Positions 18,850 through 27,405 of a stretch of DNA of 64,000 bases are shown here, in pieces. Both the position numbers and the translations under genes were made by a program. Where the stretch lies: contig JBGTMQ010000009.1 in the NCBI GenBank assembly GCA_041743505.1, forward strand, positions 40,012 through 104,011, written 5' to 3'. The notes below the pieces were generated by a model. It saw nothing but the letters and a program-made list of their open reading frames with translations. It searched no databases and was not told the DNA's origin. The stretch comes from Candidatus Saccharimonadia bacterium. Lineage in GTDB: Bacteria > Patescibacteriota > Saccharimonadia > UBA4664. Position 1 is the stretch's first letter; the number at the start of each line of letters is the position of its first letter.

Positions 18850-19772
18850 AAATACTCGCACTAGCTTTAGCCTTCGCCCTGCAAACTACCGGCTTATGGC
18901 CTCATCTAGACGAATCCACGCGAAACAAGATTGCCCATCAAGCCGTAGGCCAGCCGGCATCAAATATCAGCCCCTCCACCACCGATCTGCCACCTGTCAC
19001 TAGCTTGACCTTGCCAATCCGCACCAATCCTGACGCCCCCAAGCTCGAGACTACCACCAGCGTCCTGGCCCTGGACCGCACCTCCGCCACGCCGCTCTAT
19101 GCCCAAAACGACCATCAGCAACGGCCCATCGCCTCCATTACTAAGCTTGTTACCGCCCTGGTGATCCTATCGCGCCACGACCCGGACGACACGGTCACCA
19201 TCCCGCAATTACCTAAATATGGACCGGAAGATTATGTCATCGGCCTCACGCCAGGCGATAAATACCAGCTGAGCGATCTGGTTAAGGCCGCCTTGGTACC
19301 CTCAGCCAATGATGCCGCTGATGCCTTAGCCATCTACGACAGCGGTTCACCCGCAAAATTCGCCAGCCAAATGAACTCCAAAATGGCCGCCTGGGATATT
19401 TCCGGCACCCACTTTACCAACCCGAGCGGATTGCAAGATACCGGCAACTACGCCACAGCCACCGCTCTGGGCAAAATCGCGCTGCTTTCACTGGAAAACC
19501 CGGTCATCCAAGACGCTGTCAAAGAGCCGTTTGTAACCATTCGCTCAACCTCCGGCCGCACCCTCAGTCACACCTCTACCAATATTCTGTTGCCTACGGG
19601 CCAGTTTCATGGTATAAAAACGGGATACACGCTGGCTGCCGGTCAATGTTTCGTGGGACTTACCCGCATCGACGGCCATGACGTTATCACGGTAGTCCTC
19701 GGTTCCAAAGACCGGTTCGGCCAGACTCAGAGTTTAGTAAACTGGATTGGACGTAGTTATCAATGGCTGTAA
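18846..19772 (+). CDS. D-alanyl-D-alanine carboxypeptidase (S11)
   Basis: ASITK, SAN, KTG motifs; signal peptide; ATGA overlap with upstream gene. Confidence 0.92.
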   Translation: MKILALALAFALQTTGLWPHLDESTRNKIAHQAVGQPASNISPSTTDLPPVTSLTLPIRTNPDAPKLETTTSVLALDRTSATPLYAQNDHQQRPIASITKLVTALVILSRHDPDDTVTIPQLPKYGPEDYVIGLTPGDKYQLSDLVKAALVPSANDAADALAIYDSGSPAKFASQMNSKMAAWDISGTHFTNPSGLQDTGNYATATALGKIALLSLENPVIQDAVKEPFVTIRSTSGRTLSHTSTNILLPTGQFHGIKTGYTLAAGQCFVGLTRIDGHDVITVVLGSKDRFGQTQSLVNWIGRSYQWL

Positions 19773-21100
19773 CCCCGCTCGTGGCTATCATCGGCCGGCC
19801 GAATACCGGCAAATCAAGCCTCTTTAATCGTCTGAGCGGCAGCCGCCAGGCCATCACGCACGAGACCGCCGGCACCACCCGCGACGCCAACTACGCCCAC
19901 GTCGGCTGGCGCGGCTTTAACTTTGTGCTAGTCGATACAGCCGGCCTCACCAAGGCGGCGGGGGAGATCGAAGCCGCCGCCCAAGACCAGGTCCGCGGGG
20001 TCGCCACCATCGCCGACGTCCTAGTGGTAGTTGTTGACGCCGGCACCATGCTGACCCTCGAAGACCAAGAAGCCGCCCGCCTAGCCCTCAAAACTGGCAA
20101 ACCGGTCGTGTTGGCGCTCGGCAAATCCGATACCCTGGGCGCCACCGTTCCCGACGAATTCCGCCGCCTCGGCGTGCCCGAAATCATCCCGGTATCAGCC
20201 ATCCATGGCCGCGGCACCGGCGACCTGCTCGACGCCATCACTGCCCACATCGACCGCCGGCCGTCCCCAGAAACCGATCCGCCGCTGCGCCTTAGCATCA
20301 TCGGCCGGCCAAATGTCGGCAAATCCAGCCTGCTCAACGCGCTGCTCGGGAAACAGCAGGCCGTAGTATCAAACGCCCCCGGCACCACCCGCGACGTCAA
20401 TGCCAACCAAATCCGCTACCACAGCCGCACCATCGAACTCGTAGACACCGCCGGCCTGCGCCGTCGCGGCAAAATCGAGCAGGGGATTGAAAAGTACTCT
20501 ACTCTACGCACCATGAGCGCGATCCACGAGGCTGACATTTGCTTCCTCGTGCTCGATGCCACCGACGGCGTTGTGGCCAGCGACCTTAACCTGGCCGGCC
20601 AAATCATCGAAGCCGGTAAGGGTCTGGTGCTAGTCATGAATAAATGGGACGCCGTCGAAAAAGACGACAAAACCCAGGTCCACATGGCCGCCCGCATCCA
20701 AAAAGAATTCCAGTTTGCCTGGTGGGCGCCGCTCGTCTTTACCTCCGCCGTCACCGGCCTGCACGTCACCAAACTCCTCGAACTGGCCACCGCCATTGAT
20801 GAAAGGTGCCAAACCCAATTACCAACCGGCCCACTCAACCGTTTTATCGAGAAGCTTATCCTCAAACAACCCCCAGCCGGGCTCAAAAACCGCCAGCCCA
20901 AGATCAACTACGTTACCCAAACCGGTACCAATCCGCCGGAGCTGACTTTCTTTGCCACCTACCCAGACCTCATTCACTGGGGCTACAAACGCTACATCGA
21001 AAACAATTTGCGCGAAGAACACGATTTTACCGGCACGCCCATCCGCCTTATCTTCCGCCACAAACACGGTGATGCCAAATACACTGAGGGTAAACGATGA
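19763..21100 (+). CDS. der: Ribosome biogenesis GTPase Der/EngA
   Basis: Two GRPNxGKS / GTTRD / DTAG GTPase domains plus KH-like tail. Confidence 0.97.
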   Translation: MAVTPLVAIIGRPNTGKSSLFNRLSGSRQAITHETAGTTRDANYAHVGWRGFNFVLVDTAGLTKAAGEIEAAAQDQVRGVATIADVLVVVVDAGTMLTLEDQEAARLALKTGKPVVLALGKSDTLGATVPDEFRRLGVPEIIPVSAIHGRGTGDLLDAITAHIDRRPSPETDPPLRLSIIGRPNVGKSSLLNALLGKQQAVVSNAPGTTRDVNANQIRYHSRTIELVDTAGLRRRGKIEQGIEKYSTLRTMSAIHEADICFLVLDATDGVVASDLNLAGQIIEAGKGLVLVMNKWDAVEKDDKTQVHMAARIQKEFQFAWWAPLVFTSAVTGLHVTKLLELATAIDERCQTQLPTGPLNRFIEKLILKQPPAGLKNRQPKINYVTQTGTNPPELTFFATYPDLIHWGYKRYIENNLREEHDFTGTPIRLIFRHKHGDAKYTEGKR

Positions 21101-21657
21101 AACTAGTTATCGGACTCGGCAACGTCGGCGAACGGTACGCCCAAACCCGCCACAATATTGGCTTCATGGTCATAGACCAACTCGCCACAGATCTAGCCGC
21201 CAGCTGGCGCACTGAGTCCAAATTCAAGGCCGCCGTCTCCGAAACCAGCCTAGGCGACCAGCGCATCATCCTGGCCAAACCTCAAACCATGATGAATCTC
21301 AGCGGCCAGGCCGTCCAAAAAATAATGCGGTTTTACAAAATTAACCCTGCAAACGTCTGGACTATCTTCGATGACGTCGACGTACCGTTCGGCCGTCTTC
21401 GCCTCCGGCGCGGTGGCACCAGCGGCCAGCAGGGGATTAGATCTACCATTCAGCAGATCGGTCCGGATTTTGTGCGTGTCCGCATGGGTATTAGCCTCAA
21501 CGACCGGTCCATTGAAACCAGCGAGGTATATGTCCTCAAGCCCTTCAACGGCGTAGAACGCCCGCAGCTACCCACAGTTACTGCCCGCGCCGCCGGTATC
21601 ATCGCCTCCGAGCTCGCACAAGACCAGCTAAACGAAAGCACATTCGATCTGCTCTAG
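21097..21657 (+). CDS. pth: Peptidyl-tRNA hydrolase
   Basis: IGLGN, TRHNIGF, KPQTMMNLSG. Confidence 0.96.
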   Translation: MKLVIGLGNVGERYAQTRHNIGFMVIDQLATDLAASWRTESKFKAAVSETSLGDQRIILAKPQTMMNLSGQAVQKIMRFYKINPANVWTIFDDVDVPFGRLRLRRGGTSGQQGIRSTIQQIGPDFVRVRMGISLNDRSIETSEVYVLKPFNGVERPQLPTVTARAAGIIASELAQDQLNESTFDLL

Positions 21658-21712
21658 GTAGGCTATACTTAAGGCGCAATAAAGAGGGTCTACTGGCTTA
21701 GACCAAGTAACA

Positions 21713-21752
21713 AAAAAGATACCCTGCCAACCATAGGTCGGCAGGGTATTTT
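21713..21752. terminator. Bidirectional terminator
   Basis: ATACCCTGCC / GGCAGGGTAT stem flanked by A and T runs between convergent genes. Confidence 0.75.
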
Positions 21753-22474
21753 CACAGCTTAAAACCATCTGGCAAAATCTGCGTCAACAGGAATCCCTTC
21801 TCCGTCTGCTCGCCCTCAAAGATCATGGGCGCCCTCGCCTTGTCGCGCATTCTAGCCTTGGCCTGCCTAACCAACGCGGCAAACCGGTATGGGTCCCGAA
21901 CCCAAGGCAGATGGTTTAGCAGCTCATCCCCCTGGACAGCGGTATCAACCGACACATGCCCACAGTTGAACCGCTTCAGCATCCACCATGGCCGTACTAC
22001 CTTGACGGTTGTCTCGATGGTCACCTGAACATCAAACTTATATGACCTCCTCAACGTCCACGCCGGCGCATCCAACTCCAGGCCTACCTCACCACGGCCA
22101 AAACTCAATCGCCGATTTCTCTCGAGCACCAATTCCCTCGCCACGAGATACCCGGCTGCGCCAAGCGCCACCAGACTTATCAGTGCCGCCGCCCAAAACG
22201 AGCTGTAGGCCACAAGAGCAGCGACGACGGTTGCCCAACTGGCAGTCGAGTCGAGCCTGTCGTGCTTTCGTGTGAGATACCCCATCACTCCCGCGACAAT
22301 AGCGACAAACAGCAACCCCTGGGTGCTATTGAAGATCATATAGAAGTACAGAGCCACCACCAGCACGAGCACCACCACCGGCACAAACACACTGGCGATA
22401 ATGAGGAAAATGTGAAAATGCTCGTCATAGTCCTTCTTCTGGAGACCCGGAGGTTCATCAGTCCGTAGAGTCAT
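21752..22474 (-). CDS. Hypothetical membrane protein, possible bacterial PH-like C-terminal domain
   Basis: Four TM segments then RPWWMLKRFNCGHVSVDTA...LPWVRDP; AAGGAG SD inside a hairpin. Confidence 0.65.
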   Translation of the reverse strand: MTLRTDEPPGLQKKDYDEHFHIFLIIASVFVPVVVLVLVVALYFYMIFNSTQGLLFVAIVAGVMGYLTRKHDRLDSTASWATVVAALVAYSSFWAAALISLVALGAAGYLVARELVLERNRRLSFGRGEVGLELDAPAWTLRRSYKFDVQVTIETTVKVVRPWWMLKRFNCGHVSVDTAVQGDELLNHLPWVRDPYRFAALVRQAKARMRDKARAPMIFEGEQTEKGFLLTQILPDGFKL

Positions 22475-22597
22475 ATAACACTCCTTTCCAGGAGTAGGTG
22501 CAATCGCTGTGTCTAGAGCATCTCCAGATCAAACGCTCTTTGGATCAGCTATACTTATACTATAAATACACTGCTAAAGCAATGGCATAACATCACA

Positions 22598-23671
22598 TTA
22601 CGCCCGGTTTACAACAAAAATATCAGCCCGGCGGCCCAATATCTCAACGTTTGTGACGATCTGCTCTATCTGAAACCCAGCCTGACGAGCCAAAATACCC
22701 TTAAAAATATCCCATTCGCTCGTTAACACCACCAAACGACCACCAGGGTGGAGTACCCGGCCAGCCTCAGCCACGAACCCGGCATACAGCTGAGGCAGCA
22801 CCGCCTTCTCTCCAATTTGGCGACCCCACGGCAAATTAGTCACAACCTTACTAACTGATCCGTCCTCAAGCGGCAAATCTGTCGCATCCCACCGCTCAAT
22901 CCGCCGCGGTTGATGGCGTGGGCCAAAATTAGCCAGTGTTGTCTCGACAGCCGCCGCCTCAATATCACCGCCGAGCAGTAGTTGGTAACGGCCGGCTACA
23001 GCCCGCTCCAAAAGCAAGGTGCCGCTGCCGCACATCGGGTCCAAGAACACATCATCATCGGCCGGCCGCGACAACCACACCATCGCCGCTGCCACACTCG
23101 GCCGCAACGCCGCCGCCCGCTCCACCTCGCGGCCACCATGCTGGCGGTCCAAACCCGTAGTCAGCCGTACACTCACTAGCAGTTGCCGCCGGGCTTGCTG
23201 TAGCCAAACCTCCAGCGGCGCCTGATCCCGGTCCAGCCGCCAACTCGAACCTACCCGCAGCAGTGCCCGCTCTGCCGCTAGCATCATGTCCTGCCGCCGG
23301 TATTGCCGCCAGCGTACATCATCAGCCTGCACCACTACCCGAAATGTCTGGCGCTTCGTCAATGACTGGCCAGTGTAGCGTGACCACAAGTTCAGCGCCT
23401 CCCGCAACGGCCCGCTCCAAACCGCCGCCGCCGACAGCGTCTTCATGTCAGCCAGTCCGCCACTCAGCTTCACCCGCCCCAGTGTCACATACGTGTCTTC
23501 CATCAGCCGCATCTTTTGCAATTGCTTCACGTCCCCGGCATAACGAACCAGGACAATGTCATTATTGCGCGTCCTCATCACCTCAGTGACTTTCACCTCA
23601 GACAGCCATTCTGCCAGTTCTTGCTTAAAAACATCAGACAAACCAGGCAGGGTAGTCAATTGATAATTCAT
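22598..23671 (-). CDS. THUMP-type RNA guanine-N2 methyltransferase (TrmN/Trm14/RlmL-like)
   Basis: AALRPSVAAAM, DPMCGSGT, TNLPWG. Confidence 0.82.
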   Translation of the reverse strand: MNYQLTTLPGLSDVFKQELAEWLSEVKVTEVMRTRNNDIVLVRYAGDVKQLQKMRLMEDTYVTLGRVKLSGGLADMKTLSAAAVWSGPLREALNLWSRYTGQSLTKRQTFRVVVQADDVRWRQYRRQDMMLAAERALLRVGSSWRLDRDQAPLEVWLQQARRQLLVSVRLTTGLDRQHGGREVERAAALRPSVAAAMVWLSRPADDDVFLDPMCGSGTLLLERAVAGRYQLLLGGDIEAAAVETTLANFGPRHQPRRIERWDATDLPLEDGSVSKVVTNLPWGRQIGEKAVLPQLYAGFVAEAGRVLHPGGRLVVLTSEWDIFKGILARQAGFQIEQIVTNVEILGRRADIFVVNRA

Positions 23672-23816
23672 AGTAGGCCAAGTATCTCATAAAAATGATT
23701 AAGGTAGCCAAGGCTAATGCCCGAACCACCCATCAATCATCACGGACAGTTTAAACATCTTGCATACTTTCACCTCATACCGTACAATTACCGAACGAAC
23801 GATACGCTCCTTTACA

Positions 23817-24050
23817 TCATAAAAGACCCGGACAACGGAGATGGGTGGTCAAATCCGAGCCGGGTCTTTTATGACACCCTTCAATGCCGCGCCGTAAGGC
23901 GTTTTGTGCGAGACTCTAAATCATGAGTAACGGGTATTGAAGGGACTAATCTACCTGCAAGCAAAGTATCTAAAGGAGGGTGCATTTAGATACCGCTACA
24001 GGCAGATTAGTGGTATGTTTGTTTGGTTCAACCTCTATTTAAGAGGCATG
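23817..24050 (-). ncRNA. Candidate structured non-coding RNA (three abutting long hairpins)
   Basis: Minus-strand TTGACA(24085-24080)-17-TAGTAT(24062-24057); stems 23945-24011, 23877-23944, 23817-23874; no convincing ORF. Confidence 0.55.
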
Positions 24051-24078
24051 CTCAGTATACTAACACACTAAGTTAATT

Positions 24079-24945
24079 ATGTCAACACATTTTATGCAAA
24101 TTAATCAATTATTTCTCCAAAATCCCGATTATCCCACTCAATTGAAAGAAATTGAGGCTCCACCAAGCCCGTTGTACGTACTGGGCAATTTGCCAATCGA
24201 ACCGATGATTGCCATTGTGGGAACACGGTCGTTGACGAGTTACGGCAAACTTGTGGCCTATGATCTTGCCAGCGATCTGGCCCGGGCGGGATTCCCCATC
24301 GTAAGCGGACTAGCTCTAGGCATCGATAGTGTCGCCCACCGGGCCGCCCTGGATGCAGGCGGCCGAACCGTTGCAGTTATGGCCGGCGGCCTCGACCGCA
24401 TTTACCCATCCAGCCACCGCGACATGGCCGTCGAAATCTTGACCACTGGAGGTGCTATTGTGTCTGGATACCCGGTGGGCACCGAAACCTTTAAAAACCA
24501 TTTTGTCGAACGTAACCAAATTATTTCCGGCCTCTGTATCGGCACCATTGTAGTGGAGTCCGGCGCCACCGGCGGTTCTATGCTCACGGCTAACTTTACC
24601 CTCAGACAAAACCGCACCCTTATGGCAGTCCCGGGAGACATCACCCGCCTGTCTGCCGCCGGGCCCAACAATCTCATTCGCAAAGGCGCAGTGCCCATTA
24701 CCTCCAGTACGGACGTCCTGGAAGCACTCAATCTAAAAACTGCCGCCATTCCGGCCTCTATTATCAAGGCCCAGAACCCGCATGAGGCCAAAATCGTCGA
24801 GTTGCTCAAGCATGGCACCACCAAAACCCAAAGCCTTATCGAAGAGACCGGACTTAAGCCGGCTGAGTTCGCTAGTGTTATCAGTCTCATGGAGATTACC
24901 GGCAAGGTCCGCAACCTCGGCGCCGGCGTTTGGGCCGCCCGTTAA
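24079..24945 (+). CDS. dprA: DNA-protecting protein DprA
   Basis: AIVGTR, VSGLALGID, RNQIISGL, VPGDI; start may be 24094. Confidence 0.95.
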   Translation: MSTHFMQINQLFLQNPDYPTQLKEIEAPPSPLYVLGNLPIEPMIAIVGTRSLTSYGKLVAYDLASDLARAGFPIVSGLALGIDSVAHRAALDAGGRTVAVMAGGLDRIYPSSHRDMAVEILTTGGAIVSGYPVGTETFKNHFVERNQIISGLCIGTIVVESGATGGSMLTANFTLRQNRTLMAVPGDITRLSAAGPNNLIRKGAVPITSSTDVLEALNLKTAAIPASIIKAQNPHEAKIVELLKHGTTKTQSLIEETGLKPAEFASVISLMEITGKVRNLGAGVWAAR

Positions 24946-24971
24946 GATAGAAGTCATGTTATAATACTAAA

Positions 24972-25934
24972 ATGAACTTTTGGCAACAACTTCCGAGGCC
25001 TTTTTTTGTGTTGGCTCCCATGGACGACGTCACGGACGTCGTATTTCGCCAACTCGTAGCCGAGGTAGACGGCCCAGAAGTCTTGTTTACCGAGTTCGTA
25101 TCCACTGACGGCCTGCAATCGCCCGGCCGCAAGCGCACTATGGAGCGACTGCGCATCGAGCCGGGTCTGAGCCGGCCACTCGTGGCACAGATCTGGGGCT
25201 CGGATCCCGAGAAATACTACGCCACAGCCCGCGACATTGCAGACATTGGCTTCGCCGGCATTGATATCAACCTCGGCTGCCCTGAGCGCGGCATTGTCGC
25301 CCGCGGCTGCTGTGGTGGTCTCATTGGCCGCAACAGCCAAGTCGCCGACATTATTGCCGCCACCAAGGCCGGCGCGCCCGAACTGCCGGTCAGTGTTAAA
25401 ACCCGCCTCGGCCTCAACCAAATTATCACCGAACAGTGGGCTGGGTTCCTGTTAACCCAAAATCTGGCCGCGCTAACCATGCATGGCCGCACAGTCCGTG
25501 AAATGAGCCGGGTCCCTGCCCACTGGGACGAAATCGCCAAAGTTGTCCAGCTGCGCAACTCACAAGCCCCCAGCACCATCATCATTGGCAACGGGGATGT
25601 TATAGACCATGCCCATGGCGAAATACTCGCCGCGCAAACCGATGTTGACGGCATTATGATCGGCCGGGGGATTTTCCACAATCTATTTACCTTTGCCAAG
25701 CAGCCAACTGAACACACTCCCGATGATATGATCCAAATTCTTCTCCGCCACCTTGAGCTATACGAACGATGGGGAAGCACTAAACCGTTTCAAGTCCTTA
25801 AAAAATTCTTCAAGGTCTACATCACAGGCTGGCCGGGAGCAGCTGAACTCCGAGCCCGGCTCATGGATGCAAAATCACCGCAAGAAGTTCGCGAAATATT
25901 GGACAAAGCCACGGCCGTACAAATTCTTCGCTAA
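24972..25934 (+). CDS. tRNA-dihydrouridine synthase
   Basis: LAPM, DINLGCP, SVKTRLG, HGRT, GNGDV, MIGRG. Confidence 0.94.
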   Translation: MNFWQQLPRPFFVLAPMDDVTDVVFRQLVAEVDGPEVLFTEFVSTDGLQSPGRKRTMERLRIEPGLSRPLVAQIWGSDPEKYYATARDIADIGFAGIDINLGCPERGIVARGCCGGLIGRNSQVADIIAATKAGAPELPVSVKTRLGLNQIITEQWAGFLLTQNLAALTMHGRTVREMSRVPAHWDEIAKVVQLRNSQAPSTIIIGNGDVIDHAHGEILAAQTDVDGIMIGRGIFHNLFTFAKQPTEHTPDDMIQILLRHLELYERWGSTKPFQVLKKFFKVYITGWPGAAELRARLMDAKSPQEVREILDKATAVQILR

Positions 25935-26142
25935 ATCCTTTGGATGTTTAACCAACCGACCTTCGCCTTCAAATCTCTGTCCAATGCGTTATTCACACTC
26001 AACAAATGCCTTTGGCAAAGAAATTCCTGGACACCACCAGATGGTGGCGAATTAGTGCAAACTTCGGGCAAAACAAGCAGAGTAAAACTCCCATGTGTGT
26101 GATATAATCCCGGACAAGTTTGTGGATTATCTCGCCAACACC

Positions 26143-26171
26143 CAAAACCCCGCCAAAATGGCGGGGTTTTG
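26143..26171. terminator. Intrinsic terminator
   Basis: CAAAACCCCGCCA / TGGCGGGGTTTTG. Confidence 0.8.
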
Positions 26172-26188
26172 TCGAAACTAACGGAACT

Positions 26189-26812
26189 TTACCAGCTGTG
26201 GCGAACCGTCCAGTGGCTGTAAGCGTTTGCCCAGGAACCATAACGGCTCTTAGCATACGAATCAGCCCACTTGAGCTGGGTCACCGGGTTGGTCAGATAG
26301 TCAGCACCGAACCGCGCCATTTTACTGGCGGGCAGGGCTTGACCCAGACCATAAGCGCCGGAACCACCGTAGTTTGATTTGGTTACACCCCAGCCGGATT
26401 CCCGGCCGATGATGTAATCCACATAACCGAAATCGCTTTCGGCTATGCCAGCCGCGCGCATCCAGTCGGTGTGGGTACCCGGTACATGTACCAGAGTCAC
26501 CGCCGACTTAGCAGCTTGGCTTTTTGTGGTCTTAGCCTTCGCCGCAGCACGGACAGCCTGAGCGGCAGCCTGCTTGCGGGCCACTTCAGCCGCTTGCGCA
26601 GCGTGAAGTGGAGCTAGGACCTCGGCTTCGTAGTCCGGCTGCTTTTGGCCGATAACTACGACGCCCGAGGCCGTGTTGGTTTGAAGAGTCACCTCATAAC
26701 GTGTCTCAGCCTGGACCGGAGTCTCAGCTAAGGCGGCGGTACCCACCAGTGGGTTATTCGCCTGAGTAGCTAATAGCAGCAAAGCTGCTGTTAGCGGGGT
26801 GATGTTACGCAT
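26189..26812 (-). CDS. Secreted lytic transglycosylase-like (aggregation-promoting-factor type) protein
   Basis: Signal peptide, Ala/Lys linker, IIGRESGW...GAYGLGQALP...NPVTQLKW...RYGSW. Confidence 0.85.
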   Translation of the reverse strand: MRNITPLTAALLLLATQANNPLVGTAALAETPVQAETRYEVTLQTNTASGVVVIGQKQPDYEAEVLAPLHAAQAAEVARKQAAAQAVRAAAKAKTTKSQAAKSAVTLVHVPGTHTDWMRAAGIAESDFGYVDYIIGRESGWGVTKSNYGGSGAYGLGQALPASKMARFGADYLTNPVTQLKWADSYAKSRYGSWANAYSHWTVRHSW

Positions 26813-27042
26813 AGTGGCCGCAGGGGGTGCGGCACGCTATCCTTTCGTTTACTAACTCGTCCTCACGAAAAAAGACCCATATACAAGGGTCTTCTTCAGG
26901 ACGCAAAACAGTATAGCTTATAATGCAACATTTGTCAACCCTTTTATGGCTATAATCGCCGCCTGAAACCGGATTCACGCTCATCTTGAGCTCAAATATC
27001 CGATAAGTTAGCCCTATAAGCCGTCAATGGTACAATATCCTT

Positions 27043-27405
27043 ATGCTTGTATTTGGCTTTATCCAGTGGTGGTACGGTCCAGGCTGGCGGGATATGGCTA
27101 ACCGTGTCATTGGCCGCGCCAGGCAAACCTACGCCTACTTCTCCATATCACTCCTACTCAGAACACTATTTCAACCCTGGCGCCGGATCATGTCTCCACC
27201 CGGAGGCTCCCTCCAGCAACGGGTACACGCCCTGGCCGATAATGCCGTATCCAGGGGCGTCGGTTTTAGCATCCGGATTATTGCACTCTTTACGGCCGTA
27301 ATAATGATTACTCTAACCCTGGTACTAGGCGGTCTATTAGTAATACTCTGGCCAATCTTGCCGCTCATTAGCATAGGACTGATGGCCGGAGGACTCGCAC
27401 TATGA
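27043..27405 (+). CDS. Small membrane protein translationally coupled to the Clp ATPase
   Basis: QWWYG...LLRTLFQPWRR, C-terminal TM hairpin; ATGA overlap; TACAAT 6 nt before ATG. Confidence 0.8.
   Translation: MLVFGFIQWWYGPGWRDMANRVIGRARQTYAYFSISLLLRTLFQPWRRIMSPPGGSLQQRVHALADNAVSRGVGFSIRIIALFTAVIMITLTLVLGGLLVILWPILPLISIGLMAGGLAL

Noticed and set aside
23717-23926. 69-aa ORF in the hairpin region
   Set aside because: No recognisable features; sequence better explained by RNA stems.
25985-26130. DnaA boxes / oriC (TTATTCACA at 25989, TGTGGATTA at 26121)
   Set aside because: Only one consensus and one near-match, no dnaA context or clear unwinding element.
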